A stretch of 64,000 nt of DNA from a virus (taxonomy: Duplodnaviria; Caudoviricetes), in IMG/VR virus record IMGVR_UViG_3300021364_000018, positions 1,260 through 65,259 of that record. One strand, written 5' to 3'. The notes beneath the pieces were generated by a model. The model was given only the letters and a program-made list of their open reading frames with translations, did no database searches and was not told the origin of the DNA. Both the position numbers and the translations under genes were made by a program. Positions 29,624-39,086 of the stretch are shown here, piece after piece. Each line of letters starts with the position of its first letter. The stretch's first letter is position 1.

Positions 29624-30226
29624 CTATTTAAACTCTCGTTCTCTAAACCACAAATTGAATGCATACTTCTCTCCTTCAAGCACAGGCAAACCTGCATGTT
29701 TAGAAAAGGGGTCTCTCTTATTTGTGTCTGGTAAAACATTATGCCAGAATATCATTGTGCCTTTTCTAGGTTGCACTTCGATACCTAACAAATTAAAACC
29801 TGTTCCGCCACCTTTGGGCACATCTCTTAGATAACCTAAAGCAGTAATCATTCTTTGACCGCCTCTATCTAAGTAGATTGAATTGAAATCTTCATCTTCT
29901 TCATCAAAGGTGTCATAGTGATAATCATACATTTCACCTTCGCTATAATAAACTACTTGAAAAGGTTCAGCATGACTTAAAGGTATTCTAACAGTGTCAG
30001 CAATCTTCTGACCGATTCTCTCTATTTCAGGTGATACATTATGATACACCCATGTATGTGAACCTGTGCGACCTTCTGTAAGTTGACCTTTGCCGTCTTT
30101 ACTTGATACTGTTGCTTTCTCTAAATCTTGCCATGACCATCTTAAAATTTCATCGCATTCTTCGTCTGTTAGAAAGTCATGTATTACTGATAGCATGACT
30201 CTATCATTCTTCATTACATTTATCAT
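29624..30226 (-). CDS. 2OG-Fe(II) oxygenase, prolyl 4-hydroxylase-like
   Basis: FLT.EEC, EPFQVVYY, HYD, R..T.L.YL.DV..GG.T.F, HAGLPV..GEKY..N.W. Confidence 0.9.
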   Translation of the reverse strand: MINVMKNDRVMLSVIHDFLTDEECDEILRWSWQDLEKATVSSKDGKGQLTEGRTGSHTWVYHNVSPEIERIGQKIADTVRIPLSHAEPFQVVYYSEGEMYDYHYDTFDEEDEDFNSIYLDRGGQRMITALGYLRDVPKGGGTGFNLLGIEVQPRKGTMIFWHNVLPDTNKRDPFSKHAGLPVLEGEKYAFNLWFREREFK

Positions 30227-30903
30227 ACGCCGTATAAGTTTTTGTATTGTTTTCTAAGTTGCACTAGTTCTTCTATATGTTCACTAGGGTCACTAATGAA
30301 TAATTGAAATGTATTCATGCCTTCAACGCCAACTATTGCAACAACTTCATCGATTGCAACACCTGTAAGTTCTTCGACCATGATAGCATATGCAGTCATT
30401 TGTATGAACCATGGTGTCGCCATGTAATCATCTTTTGGTTTACCTGATGATTTAAAATCTATGATTGCAAGTTGGTCTTCAAATAGTCCGACACAATCAA
30501 CTCGACCTGCCATTTTTAATTCATGTGAATATAGAGGTGCTTCTAGAGCGATTGGTGTGATACCATCTAAGACAGGTTGAACTGCTTTGAACATACCTTC
30601 TTGTAGTATGTTATCAAACTCAATGTATTCTTTTTCTTGTCTTAGATAGTCTTCTATGTGTTGATGAAACTTTGTGCCTCTATTCGTTGCTTGTTTAGTA
30701 ATCTTGTTTGCAGTCTCTTCTCCGACTCGTTGACGCCAGAGTTTAATTTGTTCTTTTGCTCTTAGACCAACAACTGTCGTAACACTTGGATACTTAGCAT
30801 CGTTTTCGCCAACATAAAATCTTTGACCGTTCTCTGAGATAGTTTCTAATTGTATAGATTCTAAGTCACCAAGTTCATACAGTTTTGTTTTCAATTTTGT
30901 CAT
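30223..30903 (-). CDS. PD-(D/E)XK exonuclease (T4-like exonuclease A / Cas4-like family)
   Basis: YPSVTTV, RGT.FH...E, E..LYS..L..AGRVDC, IIDFKSS, Q..AYA. Confidence 0.85.
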   Translation of the reverse strand: MTKLKTKLYELGDLESIQLETISENGQRFYVGENDAKYPSVTTVVGLRAKEQIKLWRQRVGEETANKITKQATNRGTKFHQHIEDYLRQEKEYIEFDNILQEGMFKAVQPVLDGITPIALEAPLYSHELKMAGRVDCVGLFEDQLAIIDFKSSGKPKDDYMATPWFIQMTAYAIMVEELTGVAIDEVVAIVGVEGMNTFQLFISDPSEHIEELVQLRKQYKNLYGV

Positions 30904-30914
30904 AATGTATTATA

Positions 30915-31211
30915 CTACTTATTTCTTTGTTTGTGAATATGTTTTTTAACAACCTCTTTGGTCTTAATATCTTTGATTGATTTGTTTGTGTTCAATGGTG
31001 AACCTGGATGTCCTTCACCAATCTTAGATAAGACTTCTTTAAACCCACTATCAGTTTTAATTCTATCACCATGACCACCCACGATATTAGGGGCGCCAAT
31101 GATTTCTTTTACCTGTGGATTCTTTTTAAGATACTTGACTTTGTTATCATAAGACATCATAAGTTCGTATCTCTCATCTAACTCTGAGTTATAAAATTCG
31201 TAAAGGGGCAT
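30915..31211 (-). CDS. FmdB-like small protein (Cys ligands absent)
   Basis: MPLYEF start and GFKEVLSKI...HPGS motif common in T4-like phages. Confidence 0.6.
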   Translation of the reverse strand: MPLYEFYNSELDERYELMMSYDNKVKYLKKNPQVKEIIGAPNIVGGHGDRIKTDSGFKEVLSKIGEGHPGSPLNTNKSIKDIKTKEVVKKHIHKQRNK

Positions 31212-31384
31212 TAAGTTCTCGGTAAGTTTTGTTCAACGATATCAAGCACATCTTGTTCTTTATACCAAAGACCAGAATAGACTTGTTTGTGACCGTCATT
31301 CCATTCTACATGATATCTTTTATAACCAAAAGGTCTATCACTAAAGACTCTACAATCGCCGTAATTTTTTATTAATATTCTCAT
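31211..31384 (-). CDS. 57-aa hypothetical protein
   Basis: Manual translation MRILIKNYGDCRVFSDRPFGYKRYHVEW...; fills the gap and overlaps both neighbours. Confidence 0.6.
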   Translation of the reverse strand: MRILIKNYGDCRVFSDRPFGYKRYHVEWNDGHKQVYSGLWYKEQDVLDIVEQNLPRT

Positions 31385-31917
31385 AACATAAATGCAGGTG
31401 TATCTCGTTTAGTCCACACTGCGAAGTCTCTCTTATATTTATTGTAATATTGTTGATACGCTTTTACTACATCACTTGACTTGACATCATCTGGCATTGC
31501 AGGTGGTGGGGGTGAAAACGGACCTGGTGTAATATTATTTGGTGTTTCACATAGAACATTTCTAAGTTTTGAATCTGTTAGATGTTCTCTGCCATATCTG
31601 AAAGTATACTCATCACAAAGATGAACAAACAACTCATACAAGAATTCATAGTTGCCTGATGTTTGTCTTGCCCATACAGCAGTAGGGTGATTCAGGTGTG
31701 ACGCCTTGTATAAAGTGTTTTCTAAGTTAGAGTTTGGCATACGCCATCTTTTGATTCGTCTACCGTTTTTAGATAACGCCTCGTATTGGTCGCCATCTAA
31801 CATACGATGTGCTGTAGACATCAACTGAGCATACTCAATAATCATTTTAACAACATGCTTATCACAATGTAATTCAGCACATGGTTTGGGTTCTTCGTGT
31901 AAGTAAAATAAATTCAT
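31381..31917 (-). CDS. Pyrimidine-dimer DNA glycosylase / endonuclease V-like family protein
   Basis: MNLFYL...CA..HCDKHVVKMI.E.AQL.STAH, YK..H.NHP...W, EYT.RYG..H. Confidence 0.8.
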   Translation of the reverse strand: MNLFYLHEEPKPCAELHCDKHVVKMIIEYAQLMSTAHRMLDGDQYEALSKNGRRIKRWRMPNSNLENTLYKASHLNHPTAVWARQTSGNYEFLYELFVHLCDEYTFRYGREHLTDSKLRNVLCETPNNITPGPFSPPPPAMPDDVKSSDVVKAYQQYYNKYKRDFAVWTKRDTPAFML

Positions 31918-31961
31918 AGTTCTAGTATATCATAAATTAAGTTCATTGAGAACCTGTTTTG

Positions 31962-32492
31962 TCATTTGTAAAATATGTGGTCGTTAATAACTACAGTCTC
32001 ATTCAATGAATCATTCCAATATGGGTCGACATACAAAGTATGATAATGTGTTGCACCTTCTGTAATATCAGGATACTTACCCATAATCACATCTTGAGCA
32101 ATCACATATGATTCAAAGAATGTATCAGTGTCTAAAGGTTCATCTGACTTGCCATCACAGAACCAACTGAACTGACATTGATTACGAATTGGTACCATGT
32201 TGCCTTTCCAGTTCTCTCTATACTTTGCTTGATAAATTACTCCACATATATCTTTTGGATATGCGGAATGTTCCATACGATTTAGAACAACCTGTGCGAC
32301 AGCAACTTTACCTGCAAGAGGTTGATTACCTGCCTCAAAGTAAATGTTCTTCGCCATACAAACTACCTCACCATTTTCATCAGCAGCATTGACTGTTTGT
32401 GGTAACATCATAACGAACATTAAAAAGGCACCGAAACCCATGCCATATAAGAATGCTTTGAAAGCATCTTTCTCTGTATGTTTATGTTGCAT
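31962..32492 (-). CDS. Cell wall hydrolase (SleB/Hydrolase_2) with N-terminal TM anchor
   Basis: C.A.NIYFEA, AVAQV..NR, CQFSW.CDG, GATHYH, H.FY; probable start MQHKH at 32492. Confidence 0.9.
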   Translation of the reverse strand: MQHKHTEKDAFKAFLYGMGFGAFLMFVMMLPQTVNAADENGEVVCMAKNIYFEAGNQPLAGKVAVAQVVLNRMEHSAYPKDICGVIYQAKYRENWKGNMVPIRNQCQFSWFCDGKSDEPLDTDTFFESYVIAQDVIMGKYPDITEGATHYHTLYVDPYWNDSLNETVVINDHIFYK

Positions 32493-32493
32493 A

Positions 32494-32694
32494 TTAATAC
32501 CCGCTGGTTGTATGTGCATACTCATCAGCACAATCTTTCTCACCACAAACACAATAACCTGGTGCAGGTTCATCTGCTGGGTCAGGTGCAAACTCACTAG
32601 GGTGTTTGACACCATATGTTTCTAAATTGTAAACTTCTTCTTCGGTTAGTTTACCGCCACTTGCCTCTGCAAGTATCTTATAATGATTAAGCAT
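32494..32694 (-). CDS. Small Cys/His protein
   Basis: C-terminal CVCGEKDC..EYAH motif. Confidence 0.55.
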   Translation of the reverse strand: MLNHYKILAEASGGKLTEEEVYNLETYGVKHPSEFAPDPADEPAPGYCVCGEKDCADEYAHTTSGY

Positions 32695-33106
32695 AACTCT
32701 CTCCTAATTCTGCTGGGTCTAATTGACCGTTAGCGATTAATGATTGCTCATGTAAATAAGTTTCTGAGATTAACTCATTGAAACTACCTTGAAAGTAAAT
32801 ATCTTCCTCAGGACTTCTGAGATAGTCTTCAAGGTATAACTTCTCAATAGAAGTAATGTAATCAAACGAACCTCTGAGTCCGTTGTACCTGTTAACATGC
32901 TTCATGACCTCAGCGGCAACTGATGCTTCAGTTACACTCGGCACCTCATAGTAGTCATGTTCGCCTGGACCATAAGCATCTCTCTCAAAGATTTCTTTGG
33001 TCAGTTCAGCATGAACAACATAAGTTGAACCACCCTTGAACTTATGAAAGTTAGAACCATACTCTTCAAGGTTCTGAGTGTTAACAATGTATACAAATTT
33101 TTCCAT
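32687..33106 (-). CDS. Hypothetical protein
   Basis: Probable start MEKFVY after SD AAGGAG; TQ..E.YG..HKFKGG..Y motif. Confidence 0.65.
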   Translation of the reverse strand: MEKFVYIVNTQNLEEYGSNFHKFKGGSTYVVHAELTKEIFERDAYGPGEHDYYEVPSVTEASVAAEVMKHVNRYNGLRGSFDYITSIEKLYLEDYLRSPEEDIYFQGSFNELISETYLHEQSLIANGQLDPAELGESYA

Positions 33107-33107
33107 A

Positions 33108-33419
33108 TTAGTCTCCTTTAAAATCAAAATTAGCCCAAAACTCATCGGTTTCTTTTTCTCTTAGTTCGCAAGAAACTCTGAGTTGTTTTGGTGTTATCAT
33201 TAGTGCCTCACAGAAATCTAACAACATATCACCGAAAGGTATTTGATTGTTAGAATGCCATCTTACGATGTCGCCTGGTGCAACATAAAAATCTTTAGCA
33301 TATTTGTTGACTGCATCTTCTGTAGTAGAAAAGGTGCCTGTCACACCCCACCTTGAATAGTGTCGACCTGCAACAGTCATATTGTCTTTGAATCTTTTTT
33401 TGTATTCTCTAAACTTCAT
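33108..33419 (-). CDS. Hypothetical protein
   Basis: SD AAGGAG; compact ORF. Confidence 0.65.
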   Translation of the reverse strand: MKFREYKKRFKDNMTVAGRHYSRWGVTGTFSTTEDAVNKYAKDFYVAPGDIVRWHSNNQIPFGDMLLDFCEALMITPKQLRVSCELREKETDEFWANFDFKGD

Positions 33420-33428
33420 AATGTCTCC

Positions 33429-33815
33429 TTATATTAAGTAATCTGGACCAAACACTCTATGAGTTGGGTAAGCCTGACCAACCACATAACCTTCGAGAAC
33501 ATTACCTCTCGGTTTGTTCAAAGCAGGGGCAGCCCAACCTGCAGCTTTTAGAACATCACCGACTGCAAATTTTGGGTTTGCAATGTTGATAAAACCCCAA
33601 ACAGAACTAGGGTGACCTTCTCTGGTTTCTATAATTTTAATATATTTTTTGCCGATAGAATAATCGTGGGCAGTATTGTTATCTTTAGTGTGGGGGTAAA
33701 CTTTATACAGTGCTTCTGAAATATCAGAACATAATTTCTCACAAGCATCAGCAAGTTTGGTTGCATTTTTTAAAGTATCTTTATTCATGATTTCTCCTTT
33801 CTTATTTCTCATCAT
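33429..33815 (-). CDS. Conserved phage early protein
   Basis: GKKYIKI..SVWGFI..GDVLKAAGWAAPA.N..RGN; start at 33815 or SD-led 33788. Confidence 0.7.
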   Translation of the reverse strand: MMRNKKGEIMNKDTLKNATKLADACEKLCSDISEALYKVYPHTKDNNTAHDYSIGKKYIKIIETREGHPSSVWGFINIANPKFAVGDVLKAAGWAAPALNKPRGNVLEGYVVGQAYPTHRVFGPDYLI

Positions 33816-33821
33816 GGTTAT

Positions 33822-33851
33822 ATGGTACAAAAAAAGTGAACCTATTGTCAA
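33822..33851 (-). promoter_or_regulatory. Sigma70-type early promoter
   Basis: GGGG-TTGACA-18 nt-TACCAT; near copy at 43139-43168. Confidence 0.75.
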
Positions 33852-33854
33852 CCC

Positions 33855-34118
33855 CTACTCTTTGATATATTGTTTCTTGTTGTTTAGATAATGCAGAACT
33901 GCATTCTTCTCGTTGCTTGTTAGATGATTGACACTATTGAATCGAGACCAAGGTGTGCCATATGTGACCATCTTATTACCTGCTGTCACAGCGGCATTCC
34001 ATAGTTCATCATCTTTTGGGAATAGTTTGTTTTCTTCACATAGGGTTATGAGTTGTCGCCCTATCTCGACAATTTTTTTGACCTCTTTAGGGTCATCGTA
34101 ATATGATTTGTAAGTCAT
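33855..34118 (-). CDS. Hypothetical early protein
   Basis: SD GGAG; own promoter TTGATT-18-TACACT at 34149-34178. Confidence 0.65.
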   Translation of the reverse strand: MTYKSYYDDPKEVKKIVEIGRQLITLCEENKLFPKDDELWNAAVTAGNKMVTYGTPWSRFNSVNHLTSNEKNAVLHYLNNKKQYIKE

Positions 34119-34184
34119 TATGTTTCTCCGTTAGTTTTGATACTGTTAAGTGTATCAAAAAGTGAGACCCATAATCAAGTGTTT

Positions 34185-34433
34185 TTAGATATTTTTCTGG
34201 AGTTCATTCAGTTCTTCAAGTTTCTTTTGAAGAATCTCTGCCCTGTTGGGCCAATAGATGTAATCTTTGTCTGAGTCTTTTGCAAGGTTCTCTAACAAAG
34301 GTCTAATAAAGTTATCTAATTTTTCAATAACTTCTGTTGCTGTTGTGGTCTTCTCTACAATCTTTGTGTCTACTGATGCAAGTTCATCAGCGTCCATCGC
34401 TGTAAATCCGAAATCGTTGTATTCAATACTCAT
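34185..34433 (-). CDS. Conserved T4-like hypothetical protein
   Basis: DFGFTA.D..EL...PLL.NL....KDYIYWPNR. Confidence 0.75.
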   Translation of the reverse strand: MSIEYNDFGFTAMDADELASVDTKIVEKTTTATEVIEKLDNFIRPLLENLAKDSDKDYIYWPNRAEILQKKLEELNELQKNI

Positions 34434-34437
34434 ACTA

Positions 34438-34557
34438 TTATTTAGTATGTTTTGGGTAATTATCCCAACGATAAAATTCTTTTCTCTCTGAGTGCCAATA
34501 CCAACCCTTATGTTTCTGTTCGTTTTGAGGCGTATTAGACTCGTTGTATTTTGACAT
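34438..34557 (-). CDS. 39-aa hypothetical protein
   Basis: Manual translation MSKYNESNTPQNEQKHKGWYWHSERKEFYRWDNYPKHTK. Confidence 0.4.
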   Translation of the reverse strand: MSKYNESNTPQNEQKHKGWYWHSERKEFYRWDNYPKHTK

Positions 34558-34960
34558 GTCTTTCATATTCTCCATCTCCGTCAACTACGGTCATTGTATA
34601 TTTGCCGAGTTGAATATCATCAGGTGGCATTAAGAAGAACTGAGCATCATCATCTTCTTCTACTGCTGACTGAGGATTACAATTAACTTTCGACCAGTAG
34701 AGTTTAGGTTCTGCTAGCCACTCGTATGGCATATCTAAGATACTAAACACCATGGTGTCATTTTCATCTTTATATACCTTAACCGACTTCGGTTCGTGAT
34801 ATCTAGTTCCTAGTATTGAACATATTTCTCTAGGAATATTGACACGAAAAAACTCGCAGTTAGCGAGTTCTTCGTGGTAATCTTTAATTATGTTTTTAAG
34901 ATTAACAGTAGTTACCTCTGTATTAGAAGTAACCTCCGTCTTTGTTATCTTCTTCATCAT
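34535..34960 (-). CDS. Hypothetical protein
   Basis: ORF; probable start MMKKIT overlapping the end of the upstream gene. Confidence 0.55.
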   Translation of the reverse strand: MMKKITKTEVTSNTEVTTVNLKNIIKDYHEELANCEFFRVNIPREICSILGTRYHEPKSVKVYKDENDTMVFSILDMPYEWLAEPKLYWSKVNCNPQSAVEEDDDAQFFLMPPDDIQLGKYTMTVVDGDGEYERHVKIQRV

Positions 34961-36128
34961 TATCATCTGTTTCAGCGGAAACAAATTCACCACTATCTTG
35001 TAGACTAGCGATGAATTCGTCCGTTTGTTGAGTGAATGAACTAATCATAGTCGCCTTAGGAGATGACACTGATACATCGAAACCTAGTTCAGTTGCCGCC
35101 TCAGCGATTTGTTTCTTAGTCATTGATTTTAATTCTGATTCGGAAGGTATAGTTATCTCTTCATACTCTTCTTCTGGTTGAGGTGTTTCTTCGATAACTT
35201 TTACTTTGTCGGTCTTTAATACTTGTTTATTTTCTGCTGTGACTTGACCGTCTGAGATTTTAGGTAATGAAGGTGTTGACTCTGTATCTTCTTCTGCAAC
35301 TTTAAGTTCAGGTACAGCATCATAGTCTTCATCATCGATTTCTAATTCAGCAGCCATCTTCATCTGTTCATCGAGAACATTAGCTACTTCTTCTTGGAAT
35401 TCTTTTGTGCCTTTCGCATCTTCTGGCACTTCTAGTTCTGTTGTCTTAGTCTCTGCTTCCCATTCTGAAAATGATTTTTTAGTTTCTTCAACTTTCTCTA
35501 AAAACTCTTCATCATCTGAAATTTTAGGTTCAGGATTTAATGCCCTTGCCATTTCAAAAGCACGACTCTTAGGTTTATTTAATGGTGCAGGTGCAATGTT
35601 ATCTTTCTCTACTGATACAATGCTATCAACCTCTGCCTGTTCTTCTGCTGTTAACTCTCTTTGAACTTGACCTTGTTTTAACCCTACTACGCCATCGCCG
35701 TCTAAGTCCATGCTAATGCCATGTGACTTTAACACTGCTTCCATTTGAGCTACTCTGTCTTGGGTTGCCTTTCTTAATTGTCTTTCGTCTGAAAGTTTTT
35801 GATTAAAAGCATTTTCTCTCTTAGCAAGTTCAATTTGTTTTTGTTCTTGTTCTTCAATCAACAATTCTTGCAATCTCTTCTGCTCTCTTTCCATCATAGA
35901 ACGATAGTCGATTGTCGCCTTGTTGACCTCATCTCTTAACATTACTAATGCTTCAAGGTCAGTAGATTTAATTAGACCTGCTTTTAATTGTTGTTCAAGC
36001 AATACAGATATTACTTGTAGACTGTTGGGTGAAATTGACGCCTGGTAAGTTTGAATACGCTCTCGTATTCTTTCTGATTCTGATTTCTCAGTAGTCACTT
36101 CACTTGCGAATGTTGGTTGTTCTGCCAT
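34923..36128 (-). CDS. Acidic coiled-coil protein with a C-terminal Rho-N/HeH-like motif
   Basis: ELKSMTKKQIAEAATELGFDVSVSSPKATMI; EF-hand-like DLDGDG. Confidence 0.65.
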   Translation of the reverse strand: MAEQPTFASEVTTEKSESERIRERIQTYQASISPNSLQVISVLLEQQLKAGLIKSTDLEALVMLRDEVNKATIDYRSMMEREQKRLQELLIEEQEQKQIELAKRENAFNQKLSDERQLRKATQDRVAQMEAVLKSHGISMDLDGDGVVGLKQGQVQRELTAEEQAEVDSIVSVEKDNIAPAPLNKPKSRAFEMARALNPEPKISDDEEFLEKVEETKKSFSEWEAETKTTELEVPEDAKGTKEFQEEVANVLDEQMKMAAELEIDDEDYDAVPELKVAEEDTESTPSLPKISDGQVTAENKQVLKTDKVKVIEETPQPEEEYEEITIPSESELKSMTKKQIAEAATELGFDVSVSSPKATMISSFTQQTDEFIASLQDSGEFVSAETDDNDEEDNKDGGYF

Positions 36129-36137
36129 TATATTAAT

Positions 36138-36228
36138 ACTCCATGGAGTCGGACTCTGCTAGAAAGTTTACACATAGGAAAGTGTATAACCTTTCCCTTT
36201 TATTATGTATAGCATCTGCCGACAATAA
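36138..36228 (-). promoter_or_regulatory. Structured 5' leader downstream of a late promoter
   Basis: Nested stems GTCGG/CCGAC, TGCTA/TAGCA, GAAAG/CTTTC, TACAC/GTGTA; ACTC-CATG-GAGT covers the SD. Confidence 0.55.
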
Positions 36229-36235
36229 TATTTAT

Positions 36236-36751
36236 CTAAAATTGAGCATCAGGAAACGCTTTTTGTGCAATTTCTTTACTCAGGTTTTTGAATGGATTTA
36301 CCTTGTCTTTAACAAGTTCCATAAGTTCTGCCTCTTTGGCAGGTATACTTTCTAACATTTCAATCCACATTGTCTCTCTACGAGTCTTAGGGATTTGTTC
36401 TGTCACAAAGTATTTAAACTTTCTAAATTCAAATCTTAATGCTGATTCAGTTAAATCACTTGCTGGTGCATCATTAGATTTATAAGGTGTTTTACCTGCA
36501 GGCAAGGTTGATTTAATGTGGTCACTAAACAACCATTGCAATACAGATTGAACTGCACCGTTGTTTTTATTAAATGCTTGTAGACCATTTACTGCATGGT
36601 CTTCATTTTCAGCGGCAACTAATTCTGCTTGGCATAGTATTTCATACACATCAGCATTCTTCATAAGCTTCTCTCGCTTAGTGATTAGTTCCATTTTTGG
36701 TTTATTAGGGGCGCCCTTAGGTCTGCCTCTTCCTCTTTTCTTTTCTGTCAT
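36236..36751 (-). CDS. Conserved T4-like protein with an N-terminal AT-hook-like motif
   Basis: KKRGRGRPKG; LP.G..PY, RE..WI..LE.I...EA. Confidence 0.7.
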   Translation of the reverse strand: MTEKKRGRGRPKGAPNKPKMELITKREKLMKNADVYEILCQAELVAAENEDHAVNGLQAFNKNNGAVQSVLQWLFSDHIKSTLPAGKTPYKSNDAPASDLTESALRFEFRKFKYFVTEQIPKTRRETMWIEMLESIPAKEAELMELVKDKVNPFKNLSKEIAQKAFPDAQF

Positions 36752-37584
36752 AACGAAAAATCTCCAATGTTATCTAGTAATTGATTAAGTCGATGAGTTC
36801 TGAGATAGTCGAATACTTTCCCTTTGACTGGTTCTGTTTGAGAATATTCACTGAGAATTGCATCTTCTATTTTTTCAGGTATCATATCTAGGTCAATCAA
36901 GTTTTGATTTCTTAAATAATTACGATAGTATTTATCATCATTTTCAATACTAATCCTGAGATATTTTTCTAATACAGGTTTTCTCAAAGGTGTTTGTCTG
37001 ATACCCAAATCTAAACAATCATCATTAGATAAGATATTAGGTATGCCATCTGACTTATCACCTTTTAGAATATGCTCTTTCAAAAACATATCTGGTTCAT
37101 CACAATCAACAAACTTATTTAGATTAGGTGACCATTGTTTCACATAGTCATACTTCTGTAATTGTTGAAAGTCTTTATCACCAGACACAATCAATACTGA
37201 TTCTTTTGAGTGTTTAGTTAACACTGCAATGATATCATCTGCTTCACAATTCTCAACATACATGTATCTGTATGGGAAGTTCTCTTTGATTTCCATTTTA
37301 ACTTCATGTAATGTATCAAAGATTAACTGCCAATCTTTATCATCTGCCTCTCTACTCTTTTTACGATTCGCCTTATATAAGGGAAAGAAATCTTTACGCC
37401 ATGGGTTTGATGCATCGGTGCATAATACCATCTCGCCGTAATCAGAAGCATATCTCTTCTGATAGTTTCTGAGTGAGTTAAGAATCATATGTCTTAACAT
37501 GTTCTCGTTTATTTCGCCATCGTTTGATTTGATTTGTGCCATCAGACCAGCGATAACAGTTTGAGTAAAGTCAATTAATATCAT
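36748..37584 (-). CDS. rnh: T4-like RNase H / 5'-3' exonuclease
   Basis: ILIDF.Q, WRK..FP.YKA.RK, EADDIIA, SGDKDF.QL, GD.SDGIPN. Confidence 0.95.
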   Translation of the reverse strand: MILIDFTQTVIAGLMAQIKSNDGEINENMLRHMILNSLRNYQKRYASDYGEMVLCTDASNPWRKDFFPLYKANRKKSREADDKDWQLIFDTLHEVKMEIKENFPYRYMYVENCEADDIIAVLTKHSKESVLIVSGDKDFQQLQKYDYVKQWSPNLNKFVDCDEPDMFLKEHILKGDKSDGIPNILSNDDCLDLGIRQTPLRKPVLEKYLRISIENDDKYYRNYLRNQNLIDLDMIPEKIEDAILSEYSQTEPVKGKVFDYLRTHRLNQLLDNIGDFSL

Positions 37585-37617
37585 GCGACCAGTATAACAG
37601 AAAATGTATGTTATTGT

Positions 37618-38049
37618 CTAGTGAGTTTTTCTACCCTTAGTTTCTTCAATAATCTTCATTCGTTTTTCTCTTGCTTTTCTCATCTTAGTATTCAATCTTT
37701 TCATGGCAGTCTCTTGGTCCCATTTTGCCTGATTCTTCTGAATGTAGATATCGCAACCTTCGATTATTGATTCAATAAATTTTATAAACTTTTTCTTTTG
37801 AGGTTTAGTCATGTAATTATAACCCTCGATTAAATCCGGGTCATCTGATGTGAGTTCTTCGAGTAGAGGTTTATATTCTTCTCTACACATATCGACTAAC
37901 TTAGGTTTGAATTCAATCTGACCCAAGTATTTGTCCATTTTAAAATTTGATTTGTAATTATTAGATAAGAACTTATCTATTTGGTGCTCGACTTCCCCCA
38001 ACGCATGGTTGACTTTCTTTCGCATCGCTTCTTTAATTGGGTTCGCCAT
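37618..38049 (-). CDS. Hypothetical protein
   Basis: ORF with DPDL.EGY motif. Confidence 0.65.
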   Translation of the reverse strand: MANPIKEAMRKKVNHALGEVEHQIDKFLSNNYKSNFKMDKYLGQIEFKPKLVDMCREEYKPLLEELTSDDPDLIEGYNYMTKPQKKKFIKFIESIIEGCDIYIQKNQAKWDQETAMKRLNTKMRKAREKRMKIIEETKGRKTH

Positions 38050-38055
38050 ATCATT

Positions 38056-38760
38056 TTAGTATACCAGGTTTACATTCCCTGCTACACTTATCCTAATTTT
38101 ACCTTCTTCATAAAATGAATAAACTGTATGCCTTAACCAACTAGGGAACATTATAATATCACCTCTACTTGGTACATGGTTGAAGAGTTGCCAGTTAAAG
38201 AAGTTTGCCTCACCGTATGACAATTCAATCATACCTGCAATTGCTCTTTGGTCGATACCGCCTTTAGAACGATTATCGTATTCATTATCCTGTATCTCTT
38301 CTACAGTCATATTCTCTAAATCATTTCGGGTATATATAACAAACGAGAACGCACCGTCATGTTGATGAGGTGGATTGAACTCTCTTGCCTCTTGTATGTT
38401 TGACCAAAGCGAAGTCAATTCATACATGTTATATGTGTTAGGTTGATTCTTTGTCTGTTCGATAGGCGACATTCCTTCTGTAAAACTTGTAGTAATACCT
38501 GTCATTTGATTTACAGTATTATGATAGTGTGCTACATGTTCTAGCATATGATTTCTGCAATCTTTAGAGATGACATCAATCAGATGTGTTTGTTTTTTAA
38601 TACGACCTGCAAGTTGACCACTAGCATCGAATTCAGGTTTGCCACCGTTCTCTTCGATACGAGCATCTAACTCTTCAATACATTCTTCTGCAACCTTATT
38701 AATATAGACTGGCGGCCCAAAAGGAAATACTACAGGATTATATTCTTCATTCTGATTCAT
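38056..38760 (-). CDS. Putative 2OG-Fe(II) oxygenase (TIGR02466-like)
   Basis: W.N.Q...EFNPPHQH.G.FSFV.Y, FPSWL.H.V, RISVAGN. Confidence 0.8.
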   Translation of the reverse strand: MNQNEEYNPVVFPFGPPVYINKVAEECIEELDARIEENGGKPEFDASGQLAGRIKKQTHLIDVISKDCRNHMLEHVAHYHNTVNQMTGITTSFTEGMSPIEQTKNQPNTYNMYELTSLWSNIQEAREFNPPHQHDGAFSFVIYTRNDLENMTVEEIQDNEYDNRSKGGIDQRAIAGMIELSYGEANFFNWQLFNHVPSRGDIIMFPSWLRHTVYSFYEEGKIRISVAGNVNLVY

Positions 38761-39085
38761 TGTGTAACCTCACAAAATATTCGGCATCAATTACGACTAA
38801 GGGTTTCTTACGATTCTTTTTTATTACTACAAGAGGTTCGTACCCTTTACAGTTTGATTCTGCCTGTTCGTATGCCGACCATACATTAACTTTCTCTTGA
38901 TTCTTACATTCTACACTATAAGGGAAGACCTGTCTAGATTGTTTTCCCATTATGATATCTTCACCACTAGACCCCATTGGTCTAGATTCTAAATCTTCTT
39001 CGTCTAAGTGTAGATGTTCAATTAACTTTTGCACAACCCATTTCTGTAGATTGCGACCTTTTGCTTTCGCACTTGATGTTTTCAT
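38747..39085 (-). CDS. Holliday-junction-resolvase-like PD-(D/E)XK nuclease
   Basis: SAKAKGR.LQ, MG..GEDI, SVECKNQE. Confidence 0.7.
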   Translation of the reverse strand: MKTSSAKAKGRNLQKWVVQKLIEHLHLDEEDLESRPMGSSGEDIIMGKQSRQVFPYSVECKNQEKVNVWSAYEQAESNCKGYEPLVVIKKNRKKPLVVIDAEYFVRLHNESE

Positions 39086-39086
39086 A

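Noticed and set aside
30223-30903. Cas4/CRISPR system
   Set aside because: Standalone phage exonuclease without the Fe-S cysteines; no repeat-spacer array seen in the window
34923-34993. Possible frameshift linking the 401-aa gene to the next ORF
   Set aside because: An overlapping ATGATG start explains the downstream ORF and no slippery sequence is evident
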